From: Octopus vulgaris
Taxonomy: Eukaryota
Length of the DNA stretch: 64,000 nt
Assembly (NCBI GenBank): GCA_951406725.2
Contig: OX597823.1
Coordinates: 49,786,001-49,850,000 of the forward strand
Direction of reading: 5' to 3'
Positions within the stretch are counted from its first letter, which is position 1. Each line of letters opens with the position of its first letter. This document shows positions 39,228 to 53,265 of the stretch, piece by piece. The notes below the pieces were generated by a model. The model saw only the letters and a program-made list of their open reading frames with translations, ran no database searches and had not been told where the DNA came from. The translations under genes and the position numbers were made by a program.

Positions 39228-39552
39228 TGCATGCATGAGAGACTTCAATGTCAATCTGTGCCATGTGGCTTCACTCTGTCTACTTTAGATTTGTTACCAT
39301 AGCAACAGTCCCACTACTTTTCAATCTGACCTGGTATATATATGAATACATTGTCTCTGATGGGATAAACTATGTCAGAGGCATATTTTAAAGAGTCAGT
39401 TCCTCTGTGATGTTCTTTTTTTGTTGAAAAAATCTGAAGGAAATTGGCTTATAATAAGAGAGAAACCCCCAAATTGACTCATAGCTTCTTTGATCATGGC
39501 AGAATTTGAACTCAGAACATAAAGAGACAAAATAAATACTGCCAAACTGAAC

Positions 39553-39875
39553 TGGCACTCTGTTGGTTATGACACCGAGGGTTCCAAGTTGATTCGATCA
39601 ATGGAACAGCCTGTTCGTAAAATTAACATGCAAGTGGCTGAGCACTTCACAGACACATGTACCCTTAATGTAGTTCTTAGGGAGATACAGCATGACACAG
39701 AGTGTGACAAGGCTGACCCTTTGAAATACAGGTATAATTCATTTTTGCCAGCTGAGTGGAATGGAGCAATGTGAAATAAAGTGTCTTGCTCAAGGACACA
39801 ATGCATTGCTGGGAATTGAACTCACAATCTCACAAATGTGAGCCAAGTACCCTAACCATTAAGCCATGCACCTTC
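39553..39875 (-). mobile_element. tRNA-headed SINE (body B + tail 1)
   Basis: Reverse homolog of 19306-19628. Confidence 0.8.
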
Positions 39876-40339
39876 CCAAATTGGCAGACTCACTAAAACA
39901 TGAGACAAAATGTCTTGTTGTTATCAAAATTTAAGTTCAAATATGTGCGTGAGATATTTTAACTTTCGAAGGTAATTTCACAGCAGTTTACCAAGGAGAA
40001 AAAATTTCCCCTAATGGTAAAGGTGTAAATACACCATTATCATTCAGTGGTACCTTCTACTAAACCCCTTCATGCCTTTGTTCAACTTATCTCTTCAAGG
40101 CATCCTCCCCCCACCACAATGGCTGCCATCCAATGACTGAAACAAGTAAAAGACGAAAAGATAAAAGATGTGTGTGTGTGTGTGTGTGTGTGTGTAGCCT
40201 TGTCTTGAAACAGGTGTGGGTTGGCAACAGGAAAGGAGTCTGACCATAGAAAATTTGCCTCAACAAATTCTATCTGATCTGTGTAAGCATGGAAGAGTGG
40301 GTGTTAAATGATAATGATTTAGATATGAACCAATAATTT

Positions 40340-40575
40340 ATCTTTTTATCTTTTATCATTTACTTGTTTCAGTTATTAGTTTGTGGACATTTTAGGGCAC
40401 CGTCTTGAAGAATTTTTTGTCAAATGTATCGACCCCAGTACTTATTTCTTTCTTTATAAGCCTTGTACTTATTCTATCAGTCTCTTTTACTGAACCGCCA
40501 GGTTACAGGGGCATAGACACACCAGCATAGGTTGACCAGCGGTAGTGGGGAGACAAACACAAACACACACACATG

Positions 40576-40613
<38 letters not shown>

Positions 40614-40826
40614 CGCACACACACACACACACATACACACACTCACACACACACAAACACACACACAGGCTTCTTTCAGTTTCTATCTACCAAATCCACT
40701 CACAAGGCTTTGGTCAGCTTGAGGCTACAGTAGAAGAGACTTGCTCAAGGTGTTGCATAGTGGAACTGAACCTGGGACCATGTGATTCAGAAGCAAGCTT
40801 CTTACTACACAACCGTATCTGCACCT
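40340..40826 (-). mobile_element. Full-length SINE (8121 family)
   Basis: Reverse-complement homology. Confidence 0.8.
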
Positions 40827-41388
40827 ATTGCAAAGAAACAAGCAAATAAAATTGCAAATTGTTACTCAAACAATGTGTCTATTCATAGCAGTAATGAGTT
40901 GTGTTTTCTCTGGATAGCTTTTATAAATAAGCTACAAGATTAATATCACTGCTAGAGAGCACAGCTTCCATGCTATGAGCCACTAATCTTTTGAATTAGT
41001 AAGTTGGCACCAAAGGGACCTGACCAGTTGCAACTCTCCTCTTACGACTACATATCTGAAACATGATACATTCCTTTACATGGCAGAAAACAATAATAGA
41101 ACAGCAACAATAATTTATTAGATGCATGAATTTAAAGAACCAGCCAACCCATAATTACATGGTTTTGAAAAAGTATATCTTAAATCAATACTGTAGAGTG
41201 ATGGTCATTTGATTACAAAGTAAAATGTTAACCAATTTTTTTATTTTATATTGGGACCACTTCATTTACATGGATAATATCCATGTGGAAAGATATGAAC
41301 ATCTCAAAATCATAATTTTCTCCAGCCTCCAGGGTTTAATCTTTTGTAAAAATAGCATAATATAATATGGATGCATATGTATATTAAA

Positions 41389-41420
<32 letters not shown>

Positions 41421-42788
41421 TGTGTGTACCTATACATTTACATACAAACACATCTATATATATATATACATGCACATACACATATATGTATATACATATA
41501 CATACATACAAATATATATACATATACATATACACATATATATATACACATACACATATGTGTATACATATATATATATATACATATGTATGTATAAATG
41601 TATGTATGTATGTTTGTATGTATGTATATATATTTGTGTTAGTGTAAGTGTGCATGTAAAAGTATTTTGTGTGCATATGTTACTCGTAAGATTGACATAA
41701 TTGAAACAATTATTAATTGAGTAAAATAGCTATCTTTAGCATTATGGATTTTCCAATTCAAAAATTACCATTGACAGCTAACATGAGAATTGTAATTCTT
41801 TTTTTTTTTTACCTTTTTCACACTTTAAAAATTATATTTTCATCCTAAATGTGTGCTCAGATAATAATGATCTATTATATCCCAACAGCTAATTAGGAAC
41901 AATTTTGCATCTACTGACAACTGTATCTTTATCAGCATGAAGCCTCATGAAACAGGCAGCGTAGATTATACAGTCCAGTTGCTGTTGTTGTTGTTTTTAG
42001 ATTCACTTTTCTCGCATTTTGTGTGTGTGTCTGTGTCTGTGTCTTTGTGCAAGCGTGTGTGCATACGTGTTAGTGTGTTGTCTTTATCAGTGAGAAGTCA
42101 AGTCATTAGTTAGAGATTAGACATGTCATCTTCTATGGATTCCCAGTTGGAAGTCTTGACTCTGATACAGCTATCTTATGCAACTGGGACTTAAAACAGC
42201 TGATTGCTAGCAGTATATATAATTTGTTTGCAGTTCTAATCAATGCTTTTTATCTTGGAAAAATTTTTCTTAGCAAGCATGATTGCTTGAAATATTCAGC
42301 ATTAGTGTGACGAGTGATGTAGAGTATGCAGATTGATAAATTCTTTAGTGAACCAAGTCTGCAAGCCAATTTTAAATTCACCAATTGAAAATGTAACTAA
42401 GCTTCTAATTCCATTCAGAAAATAATGAACACTACAACTTCATGTTCCCTTCATGCCTAACATATATATATATATATATATATATAAATGTGTGTATGTG
42501 TGTGTGTGTGTGTGCATACAAAAATCAATTTTCATTATCAGTAGTTTTATTTAAATATTCTTCTAAAACTGTGTATTTTTATCATATCTGGAAGATATTA
42601 TAAATACACTATGTAAAATACATTATGTTCCATATTTATTTCTTTTTACTTATTTTTGTAGTGCTGTTTATTTTGTGATTTTCCTGCAAAACATCAGTGG
42701 CTTATAAGTTATATTTTTAAATAGTTTTCTGAATGTTTTCAATTTCATATTACTTTATTCTGTAAAGAGAGAAGATATAGCCATTTCA

Positions 42789-42847
<59 letters not shown>

Positions 42848-44620
42848 TTTAAGTTCAGTTCTAGTTCTCAAAGGTATGTTGTTTGATATCATGACAGATG
42901 ATTATTTAATGTTTAACTTGTTTAATATGATATCAATGATATCTTTGGAAATCTATTTTTTAATCTATTTGAGATATCATTATCATTGTCATCGTCATCA
43001 TCGTCATCATGATCATGATCATGATGATCACCATCATCTGCTGTTCAATGCTTGCATAGGCAGAATGAAATTTTTTGAGGCTGCATTTTGTGGTCGAAAT
43101 CTCTTCCCAATGTCAATCTTTATTTGTACTTTATGATCCCACTGGTCTTCAGTGTTAAGTTAGGAAGCATATTGTTTATGTATGATATGAACAGTCATCA
43201 CTGCATCCCAAGTGGTGTCAATGATAAGACAAGTGATGAAGACAAGCACACACACACAAACATACACACACACGCAAACATACACACACACACAAACACA
43301 CACGTGCGCGCATGCACACACAAACTCACACACACATACACACAGTTTCCTGTAAAGTTTCTGTCCATCAAATTTCACTCACAAGGCACTGATTGACTCT
43401 GGGCTATTTTAGAAGATATTTGCATAATGTACTGTACTGTGGGATCAAACTCAGAACCATGTGGTTGTGAAGCAAACTTAAATCATACAGCCATGCCTAC
43501 CCCTTAGCACTGATAGGTACTTACAATATGAGGGCTTCTTAGGCAGGGATCCCTATCTAGTTACTGATTAAGATTAATGTTGCTTAACTTAGATTATCCA
43601 GTGAGAACTGATACTTTCATTGTTATGTCGCCATCCATTAACTCTTTTGAGATATGCGGTGTTTTGGTATCTGTAGCCAAAAAGACCAAAATTTATTTTC
43701 TATTGAGGTACATCTAGGGAAAGATGATCTCTGATTGGCTATTACACTTCAAAACAAACCATTCACAACATTTGTTCTGTCAGGCTGACAGATCAGCCTC
43801 AAAGTCCTTTCAGCTTGTATCACTTGGGGTGGTCAGTCAACCTGGGTGTCCCAAGAGAATTAATTGTCTACAATGTATGTGACAGAGTTACAGTGAGAGA
43901 AGTTAAGGAGCTGGTCATAAGTTCAAAACTTTATGTTTGACTTTATTTTGTGCTTTATTTCACTCCAGATTGCCTGGTTTCTAAGAACAGGTTCCACTCC
44001 TATATTTCACAATTGAGTTGCTAGTGTTAGAAGAATAGCCAGCCTACAGGAAAAAAAATTTGCCACAGAATCACAGATCCAATATCGTCCATGCTAGCAT
44101 AGGATAAAAATGGACTTAAAACAACAATAATAATGTCTCACCAACTACCTCATATTCTGTCATTTCTATTCCTTTGCCACATGTGTCAATAACATTAATC
44201 ATCACTCTTTAGAACATATGGCACAATAATTTGTTATATCTTCCCAGTACTCTAGTCCATCCATCTGAATGGAAGCAGTCATCTCAATCTGTAAGTGTTA
44301 TTAGAGACTCAAAATTATAAATTATTCATTTATTCCTTTATTCCAAATACAACACATTTGAGGGAATGATTTATTTTTGCCCATTTATGTTTCAAAGCTT
44401 CTATGGCATATTTTTTTTTCCTTCTGAAATGAATATAGACATATGTATATAGCCTCAGACAAGTGTTACTGGTTGTCTCAATCAGATTTTTCCATGTAAT
44501 CTATATTCTACTTTTGATTCAAGCAATATCCATCACACACCAAACTCATCTTACACACACACACACACACACATGCTCGCACACACGCATGCATGCATGC
44601 ACACACACACATGCATGCAA

Positions 44621-44651
<31 letters not shown>

Positions 44652-44724
44652 AGCAGCTATCACTTGATGTATATTTTACTTAACAATGAAGAAGTTTACA
44701 ATAATGAAAACCAGTAAACTAGAG

Positions 44725-45110
44725 CAGTGGTTCTCAACCAGAGTACATATGACACTTAAGGGGCCATCTGACCCTTGTGGTGGTGGTGGTGGTGGGGGTC
44801 CATATAAAATTTTGTTGTTAAAAATTTATGTGCAATAAATTTGCTATATGTGGTGTTGGCAGTGTTATGGGCTGTGATGAGCTATGTGGTGTTGGTGGAG
44901 AGGATGACAGATAAGGTGGGCGGAAGTAAGGCTTGCAGGGGCGGGCTTCTACAATACTGAAAATATTTTAACAATTTTTTCACAATTCCTAATATTTAAT
45001 TATGAAAATATGATAATAGGATTTTTTAAACATTGAATGGCTATGAGTGTCAACCTGAGTTAAATAGGAATCAGAGGGACCCACAGGTTAAAAATAGCTG
45101 AGTACCACTA
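44725..45110. mobile_element. hAT-type MITE
   Basis: CAGTGGTTCTCAAC ... GCTGAGTACCACTA; flanks AACTAGAG/AATTTGAG. Confidence 0.6.
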
Positions 45111-45370
45111 AATTTGAGGGTGAACTCTGAGAAATGAGAATTCTAAACTGGAAATTATTGTTATGAAAATAAATTATAGGAATTTCTTAGTGAATAGAGT
45201 TTACAACTGTTTTTTGTTTTTTCCTTTTTTAAGTTTTTTTTTTGTGAACGTTATGTGCAAGAGTATGAATGTCATAACTTCCTACTGCTTTTCTCCTATA
45301 TGTCTGATTGTTTCATGCTTTTTTAAAGAAATCCTTACTATTTCTGTCAAGCAAAATTCTATTCTTTGGT

Positions 45371-45563
45371 TTAACCCTTTAACATTCACATTGATTTGAA
45401 TTAATCATGCATTATCTTGTAGTTTTGAAATTTCAATGAAATAACTGTTAATTTTTATGATGATATTGTATGATGGGGGAAGAGGCTACACCTGACCAGT
45501 TTGAACATAAAATAGGTAATACATTTTAACCAGATATGGCTGGTTTAAGTGCTAAAGAGTTAA
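45371..45563. mobile_element. piggyBac-type MITE with TTAA TSD
   Basis: TTAA|CCCTTTAACATT ... AGTGCTAAAGAG|TTAA. Confidence 0.7.
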
Positions 45564-45674
45564 ACTTCTATTCTTTTAAATAACAGGTGCCGGAATTTGA
45601 ACCAACTTGCATATATTTTACACCTTATTTTATCCCACTACAGTAGAGCAGTGAATGATAATCAGTTGCTTAAC

Positions 45675-45815
45675 CTTTCATGATCAGCAGTGTCAACACA
45701 TGATCAACCTTATTGGTCTTGCTCCAGAAAATATGTTCCCTATTTTTGGCATCTTTGTTAACTGGGAAAATATGGAAATCTTTTGAGTTCAAGAAACACA
45801 GTTTTTGATGCCTGT
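45675..45815 (-). CDS. Weak candidate internal exon, 141 bp (RHQKLCFLNSKDFHIFPVNKDAKNREHIFWSKTNKVDHVLTLLIMK)
   Basis: Acceptor ttttaaattcactatAG, donor AAG|GTTAAG, single open frame. Confidence 0.25.
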
Positions 45816-46588
45816 CTATAGTGAATTTAAAATAATGAATGGGCTGGTGTACATCAGTCACCAAATATAGACTATAATTATAAATTGGGTTAAGATCCAA
45901 TAGCAATTTAGACCAAAATACTAAGGAGTCTTTTGTCTGAGGCTGAACAATACAATGGCTTCTCTAGACCCAAGGGAGGGGAACTCAAGTGAGTGACTTG
46001 TTACAGCTTATATTGCCAAGTTGTTCTTGGCCCCTGTGCCTATCTTCAGCGAGTTGGACTGGCTATTTAAAATTCAACTATCTTGGTCATAATAACTAAA
46101 TGTACAATAACAGTACAGGCAGTAACAACTGTCAACAATTCCTGGAAAAAGCCTCCTAGTACCATTAACTGCTGATGGGGCTTTTAACCACCTCTGTGAT
46201 ATTAGAAAGAATACCATAAGATAAACAAAATTTTTCTTTGTGCAATGCACAGCCTGCAAGCACTTCTATCTCATAAGTTGACAGCATAGCCTTCTAGTTT
46301 CAAAGAAGCTCTCAGCCAATACTCAATTCTCCTTGATCAAGACAGTTCTATTAGCTAAAAAATCTTCCACATGGCTGTGTGGTAAGTAGTTTGATTCCCA
46401 ACCACATGTTCTGGGTTCAGTCCCACTGCATGGCACTTTGGGCAAGTGGATTTGGTAGACTGAGACTGAAAGAAGACTGTCATATATATATATATATATA
46501 TATGTAGGTCCCGGGTTGAGTCGGGGTTAACCACAGTAAATAAGGTACTCAATACATAGCAGAGTAAATTAATTTATTTTATAGAAGG

Positions 46589-46639
46589 AGCTTCTACAGG
46601 ACTAGAACTGTTTCATTCAAAAGAAATCATCAGGAAGCT
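46589..46639 (-). ncRNA. Type I hammerhead ribozyme motif
   Basis: Reverse complement of 48150-48200. Confidence 0.7.
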
Positions 46640-46882
46640 AGTAGACAAGAGTTGTTTTGGCATTTATACATTTAGGCAGGTTTAAATGGGTGGTGGTGGG
46701 GGACTTTTTTGGGGGTAGGCATGGCGCAAAAACGTCATTATTAGGGGAGTGGTCAAAGGAATCGGTGGTAAAGTAGATAAATGAATAAATAAAAGAATAA
46801 AAAAATAAAAAAATAAAAAAAAATATATAAATAGAAAAATAGAGTTTTAGGTAAGTAGGGAGACTCACACTTGTACATCTAC

Positions 46883-46913
<31 letters not shown>

Positions 46914-48149
46914 TACACCCGCATATTCACATATATCTATACATATACATACATACCCACATATACATACATATATATATATATATACCTACACATACAC
47001 ATACACATATATATACATATATATACACATACATACACATACCCATGTACGTACACACAGATACACATATACATACATATACATACACATATGTATACCC
47101 ACTCGCACATATATATATATAAATGCATATACATGCACACACATACACACACATTTTTATTCTCTTATTTTAATTTTATTATTACTACTTTTGTTTATAT
47201 ATATGTTTATATATATATATATGTGTATGTATGTGTGTATGTGTATATATGTATGAATGTATATGTGTATGTATATGTATATGAATATATATGTATATAT
47301 ATATATGTATATGTGTATGTATATGTATGTATGTGTATGTATGTGTATATGTATATGTGTATATATATTAATTAGTGTATATGTATGGACTAGTCTTCTG
47401 TGGGTGTGTTGAGGTATGTATGTGTATGCGTGTATGTGAATATATGTGAATGTATGTAGATGTATGCGTGTATGAATATAACACGTGCGTGTGTGTATGT
47501 GTGAGTGTGTGGGCGTGAGTGAGTGCTTGCGTTTGTACCAGTAAGTAGATAGATAAACGGAATCTTTATATCATCCCTTGAGACCGGCTGACCGGTCAAG
47601 ATAAAAATAAAGATATAAACAAAAGTAGTAATAATAAAATTAAAATAAGAGAATAAAAATGTGTGTGTATGTGTGTGCATGTATATGCATTTGTATATAT
47701 ATGTGCGAGTGGGTATACATATGTGTATGTATATGTATGTATATGTGTATCTGTGTGTACGTACATGGGTATGTGTATGTATGTGTATATATATGTATAT
47801 ATATGTGTATGTGTATGTGTAGGTATATATATATATATGTGTATGTGGGTATGTATGTATATGTATAGATATATGTGAATATGCGGGTGTATATATGTGT
47901 ATATATATATATATATGTAGATGTACAAGTGTGAGTCTCCCTACTTACCTAAAACTCTATTTTTCTATTTATATATTTTTTTTAATTTTTCTTTTATTTA
48001 TTCTTTTATCTACTTTACCACCGATTCCTTTGACCACTCCCCTAATGACGTTTTTGCACCATGCCTACCCTCAAAAAAGTCCCCCCCCACCACCACCACC
48101 CATTTAAATCTGCCTAAATGTATAAATGCCAAAACAACTCTTGTCTACT

Positions 48150-48200
48150 AGCTTCCTGATGATTTCTTTTGAATGAAACAGTTCTAGTCCTGTAGAAGCT
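48150..48200 (+). ncRNA. Type I hammerhead ribozyme motif
   Basis: agcttc CTGATGA t-ttc-tttt-gaa-t GAA ACAG-ttctagtc-CTGT A gaagct: stems I, II and III and a GUA cleavage triplet. Confidence 0.72.
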
Positions 48201-48234
48201 CCTTCTATAAAATAAATATATATATATATATATA

Positions 48235-48582
48235 TCATCATCATCATCATCATTATCATCATCATCATTTAACGTCCACTTTCCATGCTGGCATGGGTTG
48301 GACGGTTCGACTGGGGTCTGGGAAGCCAGGAGGCTGCATCAGGCTCCAACCTGATCTGACAGTGTTTCTACAGCTGGATGCCCTTCCTAATGCCAACCTC
48401 TCCAAGAGTGTAGTGGGTGCTTTGTATGTGCCACCCACACAGGGACCAGAGGAGGCTGGCAATGACCACGATCAGTTGGTGCTTTTTACGTGCAACTGGC
48501 ACGGAAGCCAGTCAAGACAGTGCTGGTATCAGCCACGTTTGGATAGTGCTTTTTACATGCCACCAGCATGGGGATCACAACT
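48235..48582 (-). mobile_element. Non-autonomous retroelement with (GAT)n tail
   Basis: TTTAACGTCCACTTTCCATGCTGGCATGGG..CTGGATGCCCTTCC; also at 32945-33140 and 59900-60090. Confidence 0.75.
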
Positions 48583-48624
<42 letters not shown>

Positions 48625-50444
48625 CATGTTTCTTTATTAGCCACACAGGGCTGCACACAGATGGGACAGATTACAAAGTAGAGCTTTTCTTTTTTGGGAA
48701 AAAAAAAAAAAAGTGGGGTAGGTTTTCGATCAAAAGGGATCGTAAAAGGGAAAGAAGAAAAAAAGAAAAAAAACAGAAAAGAAACAAAAGAAAAGAAAAA
48801 AGAAAAAAGAAGAATAAAAAGGAAAACAGGGGAAAAAAACGATCAATAGGGATCGTGTATCACAGTGTCATGATGTACGGTGTAAAGGGGGAAGCAGATA
48901 AGGTTTATCCGTGGGAAGAAAAGCCTACAGAAAAGACCACGGTAACCTCAGTCAATATTGTTACATGTTACCACATTTGTTTGCAAGTGGGTAACAGTCT
49001 GTTTTCAATTTCTGGGTTCATAGGATTATGTTCAAGGTGCCATCCTTGCTGCATTCACCCATCTTTTTTTAAAACATTCGCTAGACAAAACTTGCCTCTC
49101 TACTCTCACTTTCCTTTTCAAGTGATACTTGAAGAAGTTGATGAGAGATTGACAGGAGAGGAAAGCATTTGTCTCCAATCCTTTCAGACTCGTTCACCAG
49201 ATACATTCTTTCGCCATAGCCACAAGGATGATGAAAATAGCTCTTCCTTCCCGTTTGAAGGAAGGAGGCGTGACAATATTGACGATAGACTCAGCTGATT
49301 AACCGACTCGTCCCACACGTGACAGCAGTTGTTCGACATAAGCACACAGGTCAGAAATTGTTGGACACTGCACGAGTGCATGCAGAATGGTTTCGTTGCT
49401 CTGACCGCATCTGAGGCAGGTCGGCCCCGTGTTTCTCAAGCCGTGTCTGTAGAGCTTATCCCAATTGGGTAGCGCTTCTCGGTAGCACTGCCAGGCCAGG
49501 GATCTCTGGAAGTTGTCCATGGGCCCTGGCTCGAAAGTCGTCCCGAACAGGCAGGTCAGGTATTCCTCGTCGACGTCCAGGTTCGCTCCAAGCTCGTTGT
49601 CGTACCTCCCCTCCACTAATCCCCTATAGAATGCTTGGGTTATGTTGGAGTCACTCAAGGTCGACCCGGGATGGTAGAGTTGCTTGAGAGCAACGCGACA
49701 CTTGCGGTGCCATTTGCCCTTCCTCGACCTCTTTTTGATCCACGACTGCGGTTCGGTCATGGAGACGAGTTGCGGGAAAGCATGCCTCATAAACGGCGAC
49801 CACACCTGTTTACCGTCGTCTACGTAGAGCCTGAGGTGTTGCAGTCTCAGCGCATGTCTGCACATCATCAACCACGGCATGCCCAGTCCTCCTTTTAACG
49901 GGTGTTGACAGCAAATGGATCGCCTGACCATCGGGACGCATCCTTTCCACAAGAAGCGAAAGAGAATGTGTTCTAGTTTGGTGACGGTAGGGTCGAGACA
50001 AGGCACGACGGTCAGGCGGTAGTAGATGACGGAAGCGATGTACAAGTTCACCACCTCCGTCCGACCTTTTAGGGACAGTTTCCTCTCGGCCCATTGCTGG
50101 GCGAGAGTGACCACCCCTACTCATTATCTCGTTCCAGTTCTTCTCCATTTGGAGGTCCAGACCAAACCAGACCCCGAGCACCTCGACCGGACCGTCGGTC
50201 CAGCGTCCCACGATGGAGGCGCTGGTGGACGGCATGGGCTTGCTTCTACAGGTGCCAAGTCGCAAGCCCACTGATTTTTCCTGGTTGATTTTCGCTCCTG
50301 TCACCGCTTCGTAGTTTTTCAGTGTCTCGCCGACCTGCTCAATGTGCTCGTGGCTAGACACTATGACAGTGACGTCGTCCGCGTATGCAGACACGCTCGT
50401 CCCGCATCCCAGTTCTCACGGGATGCCCCTCAGAGTTGCCAGCA
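48625..50444 (-). mobile_element. 5'-truncated Tx1/L1-clade LINE (RT C-terminus, CCHC finger, 3' UTR)
   Basis: [48 protein letters not shown]; GC-rich; few frameshifts; AATAAA at 3' end; (GATA)n on both sides. Confidence 0.9.
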
Positions 50445-50445
50445 A

Positions 50446-50519
<74 letters not shown>

Positions 50520-50681
50520 GATATAGATAAGTAGTATGAATATAAGTATGTATGTATGTATGTAGGTAGGTAGGTAGGTAGGTAGGTAGGTAGGTAGGTA
50601 GGTAGAAAGGTGGGTTGACAGACTGGTAGATAGATAGATGGATTGATGGACGGATATATATAGATAAGCAGCAGACAGACT

Positions 50682-50744
<63 letters not shown>

Positions 50745-50825
50745 GGATGGATGGATGGATGGATGGATGGATGGATGGATGGATGGATGGATGGATGGAT
50801 GGATGGATGGATGGATGGATGGATG

Positions 50826-50903
<78 letters not shown>
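50446..50903. repeat. (GATA)n/(GGTA)n/(GGAT)n compound microsatellite
   Basis: Directly visible. Confidence 0.96.
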
Positions 50904-51899
50904 CGTTAATGTAAACAAGAGGAGAAAAAGCTGTACTCAATACTAAAAGTATTCTGATAAAATTTATTGTCAGCTGAAATTTTATGAATCATTTCTCAAG
51001 GTTTTTATTGCAAATTTTTAGATGATTTGAAGATCAGCAACAATAAATTCAGATTGAAATCACAAGCATGTAGTTGGTGATCCAAACATGTTGCTTTATA
51101 ATTTTAAGCATTTTTTTTTAATCTTTAGTCTTCTAAAGTTAGAGCTAATGTTGAAAGATTTGGTAGGTGAGTACTGAGAGTTATGAGGTCAAAATTTCAT
51201 TACAGTTTTTAGATTAAACTTGCCAAGGAAGTTTAAATTTAGGTGAAGAAAAAAAAAATAGAAAAAAAAAATACCAATGGAAATATTCAGACATTAATGA
51301 AATGACAATAATTAGAAAAGTTTAAAACTGAAGATAAAAATATTCTTTATTTAGTATCAATATAAAGAAGCATTCAGACACTTTCAAAAGTCAATTATTT
51401 GGAAAGATTGAATGAATATTCATAGTTATTTTGTAATGCCTTCAGGTGAACTTGCCATAAATTGAATTTCCTCTTCAAAATTGCAAACTATATGAGTTAA
51501 TTTGAACATGTAGTATAAACAGATGATACTAAATGTGTGGATGCTAAGTCATAATTCAGTAGCCACCACAGAAATAGATGGAAAAATACTAATACCATGG
51601 CTATTTCAAAGACAATGAATCATTATCTGCTTCATTTTATTTTCACATGAGTTTACATTTTAACAAAGAAAATGTCTTTAAAAAATATTTGGTTTCATTT
51701 GGTGCAATGTAAAAAACAACCATGCTGGAGTTTCTTGCACCATGATGGTTCATTTCAAGTTCTAAATTCTGATATCAAGGCTGATGTTCAATGCTTTGTG
51801 AACAGTGTGAAGGCTGTATGACACGATGTAGACAGCTGCAATGGAGACTACAAAGCTGAGGCCAGCAAAAAGAGACACAGCAGATGTTCTGATTGCATC

Positions 51900-52156
51900 A
51901 ATACACTGGAATTCATCAGGCTCAATTCAGATGGCTATGTGAAGCTGCTGGAGGTTATGGTCAAACCCTGGCTGAAGAGGGCTGCGGCTGGAGGGCCATA
52001 TGTGAGGCAACAGGATTTAGTTCCTTGCCATACGTCAGAAAAGAGTCAGAAGTGATTGACAGAGAATTTCTATGACTTCACCAGCTTAAATTTCTGGCCT
52101 CCTAATTCTCCCAATTGTAATCCCATGTGGAGTGCAGTTGAGAAAGAAAACCAACT
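51900..52156 (+). mobile_element. Tc1/mariner (maT-like) transposase fragment
   Basis: VKPWLKR..GGPYV.QQD..PCHTS..SQK*L.ENF.DF....FWPPNSP.CNP..WSAVE. Confidence 0.78.
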
Positions 52157-52389
52157 GCTCTGTTTCTTTCCTGCTTTTAATTTTGAGGGGAAGGGAAGTA
52201 ATTAACATTGTTAGCCTCAGTACTAGACAGGTACCTTAATTCAGAAAGGATAAACGGCAAATCAAATTTGGCTGCTTTTGAAATCTGAATAATAAATAGC
52301 AAATTACTGTTAAAGTTCTGAAATAAATCCATCTAACAAGTTTTCAAAATAGATGAATCAGATGATGTTTTTTTTCATTAATGTTTGTT

Positions 52390-52683
52390 CCTTCTCAAGC
52401 CATCCCTGGCTCATAGGGCCAGTTTCCCGGTTTCCTTGGCGTATAGGTTCTCCACTTGGATGGGACGCCAGTCCATCACAGGTGAGCTGCAAGATGCAGG
52501 AGGAAAGAGTGAGAGAAAGTTGTGGTGAAGGAGTCAGCAGAAGTTTGCCATTACCTTCTGCTGGGGCCGCATGGAGCTTAGATGTTTTCGCTCATAAACA
52601 CACACATCGCCCAGTCTGAGATTTGAACCCGCAATCCCTTGAACGCAAGTCCGCTGCTTTAACCACTAGACCATGTGCCTCAA
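52390..52683 (-). mobile_element. tRNA-headed SINE (body A + tail 2)
   Basis: Body matches 3530-3640; tail CCTGTGATGGACTGGCGTCCCATCC..GGAAACCGGG. Confidence 0.8.
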
Positions 52684-52689
52684 CAAATG

Positions 52690-52940
52690 TTCTTTCTCGA
52701 GCCATGCAAGGCTCATAAAGGCCGGTTTCTCAGTTTCAGTGGCGTAGAGATTCCCCACCTGAATGTGGATGGGACGCGGGTCCGTTGCAGGATTACTCAT
52801 TTTTACCAGCTGAGTGGACTGGAGCAACGTGAAATGAAGTGTTCTGCTCAAAAACACAACACATTGCCCGGCCCAGGAAACGAAACCACAACCTTACGAT
52901 CATGAGTTCAACACCCTAACCACTAAGCCACACGTCTCCA
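52690..52940 (-). mobile_element. tRNA-headed SINE (body B + tail 2)
   Basis: Body matches 19380-19440; tail matches 52390-52480. Confidence 0.8.
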
Positions 52941-53265
52941 CTCATTAATATATAATGTTATTTATTTATCTGGGACTAATGATCAATATTTTTCCCCTTT
53001 AGCATGGAACTGATATGTCTCCAAATATTGTAGGTGGTTTACTTCATAACCCATCAAAGATGGCTCACTCATATCATGTGCCTTGAGTAAAAGAAAAAAG
53101 GAAAACAAAAACTTTGTATCAGTAAACCAAGCTCCATTGATTTAGTTATAGTTGATACCGTTTAAATGCAGTTTACAGTTGTAAGGAGTAGGAGCACTGA
53201 ATTATTGATGAGGGTTTCATTAACCTGCAATGATGAACTAAAATATTTTCATTAATTTTTGGAAG

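Larger units (their letters stand above)
46505..48217. mobile_element. Young Penelope-like non-autonomous element with ~600-bp inverted arms
   Basis: 46572-47199 is nearly the reverse complement of 47613-48217; each arm ends in a hammerhead motif. Confidence 0.75.

Noticed and set aside
41266-41345. Possible minus-strand exon after microsatellite
   Set aside because: Weak splice signals, and frames end quickly in stops
48855-50288. Plus-strand ORFs over the GC-rich region
   Set aside because: Antisense shadows of the Tx1-like LINE ORF2
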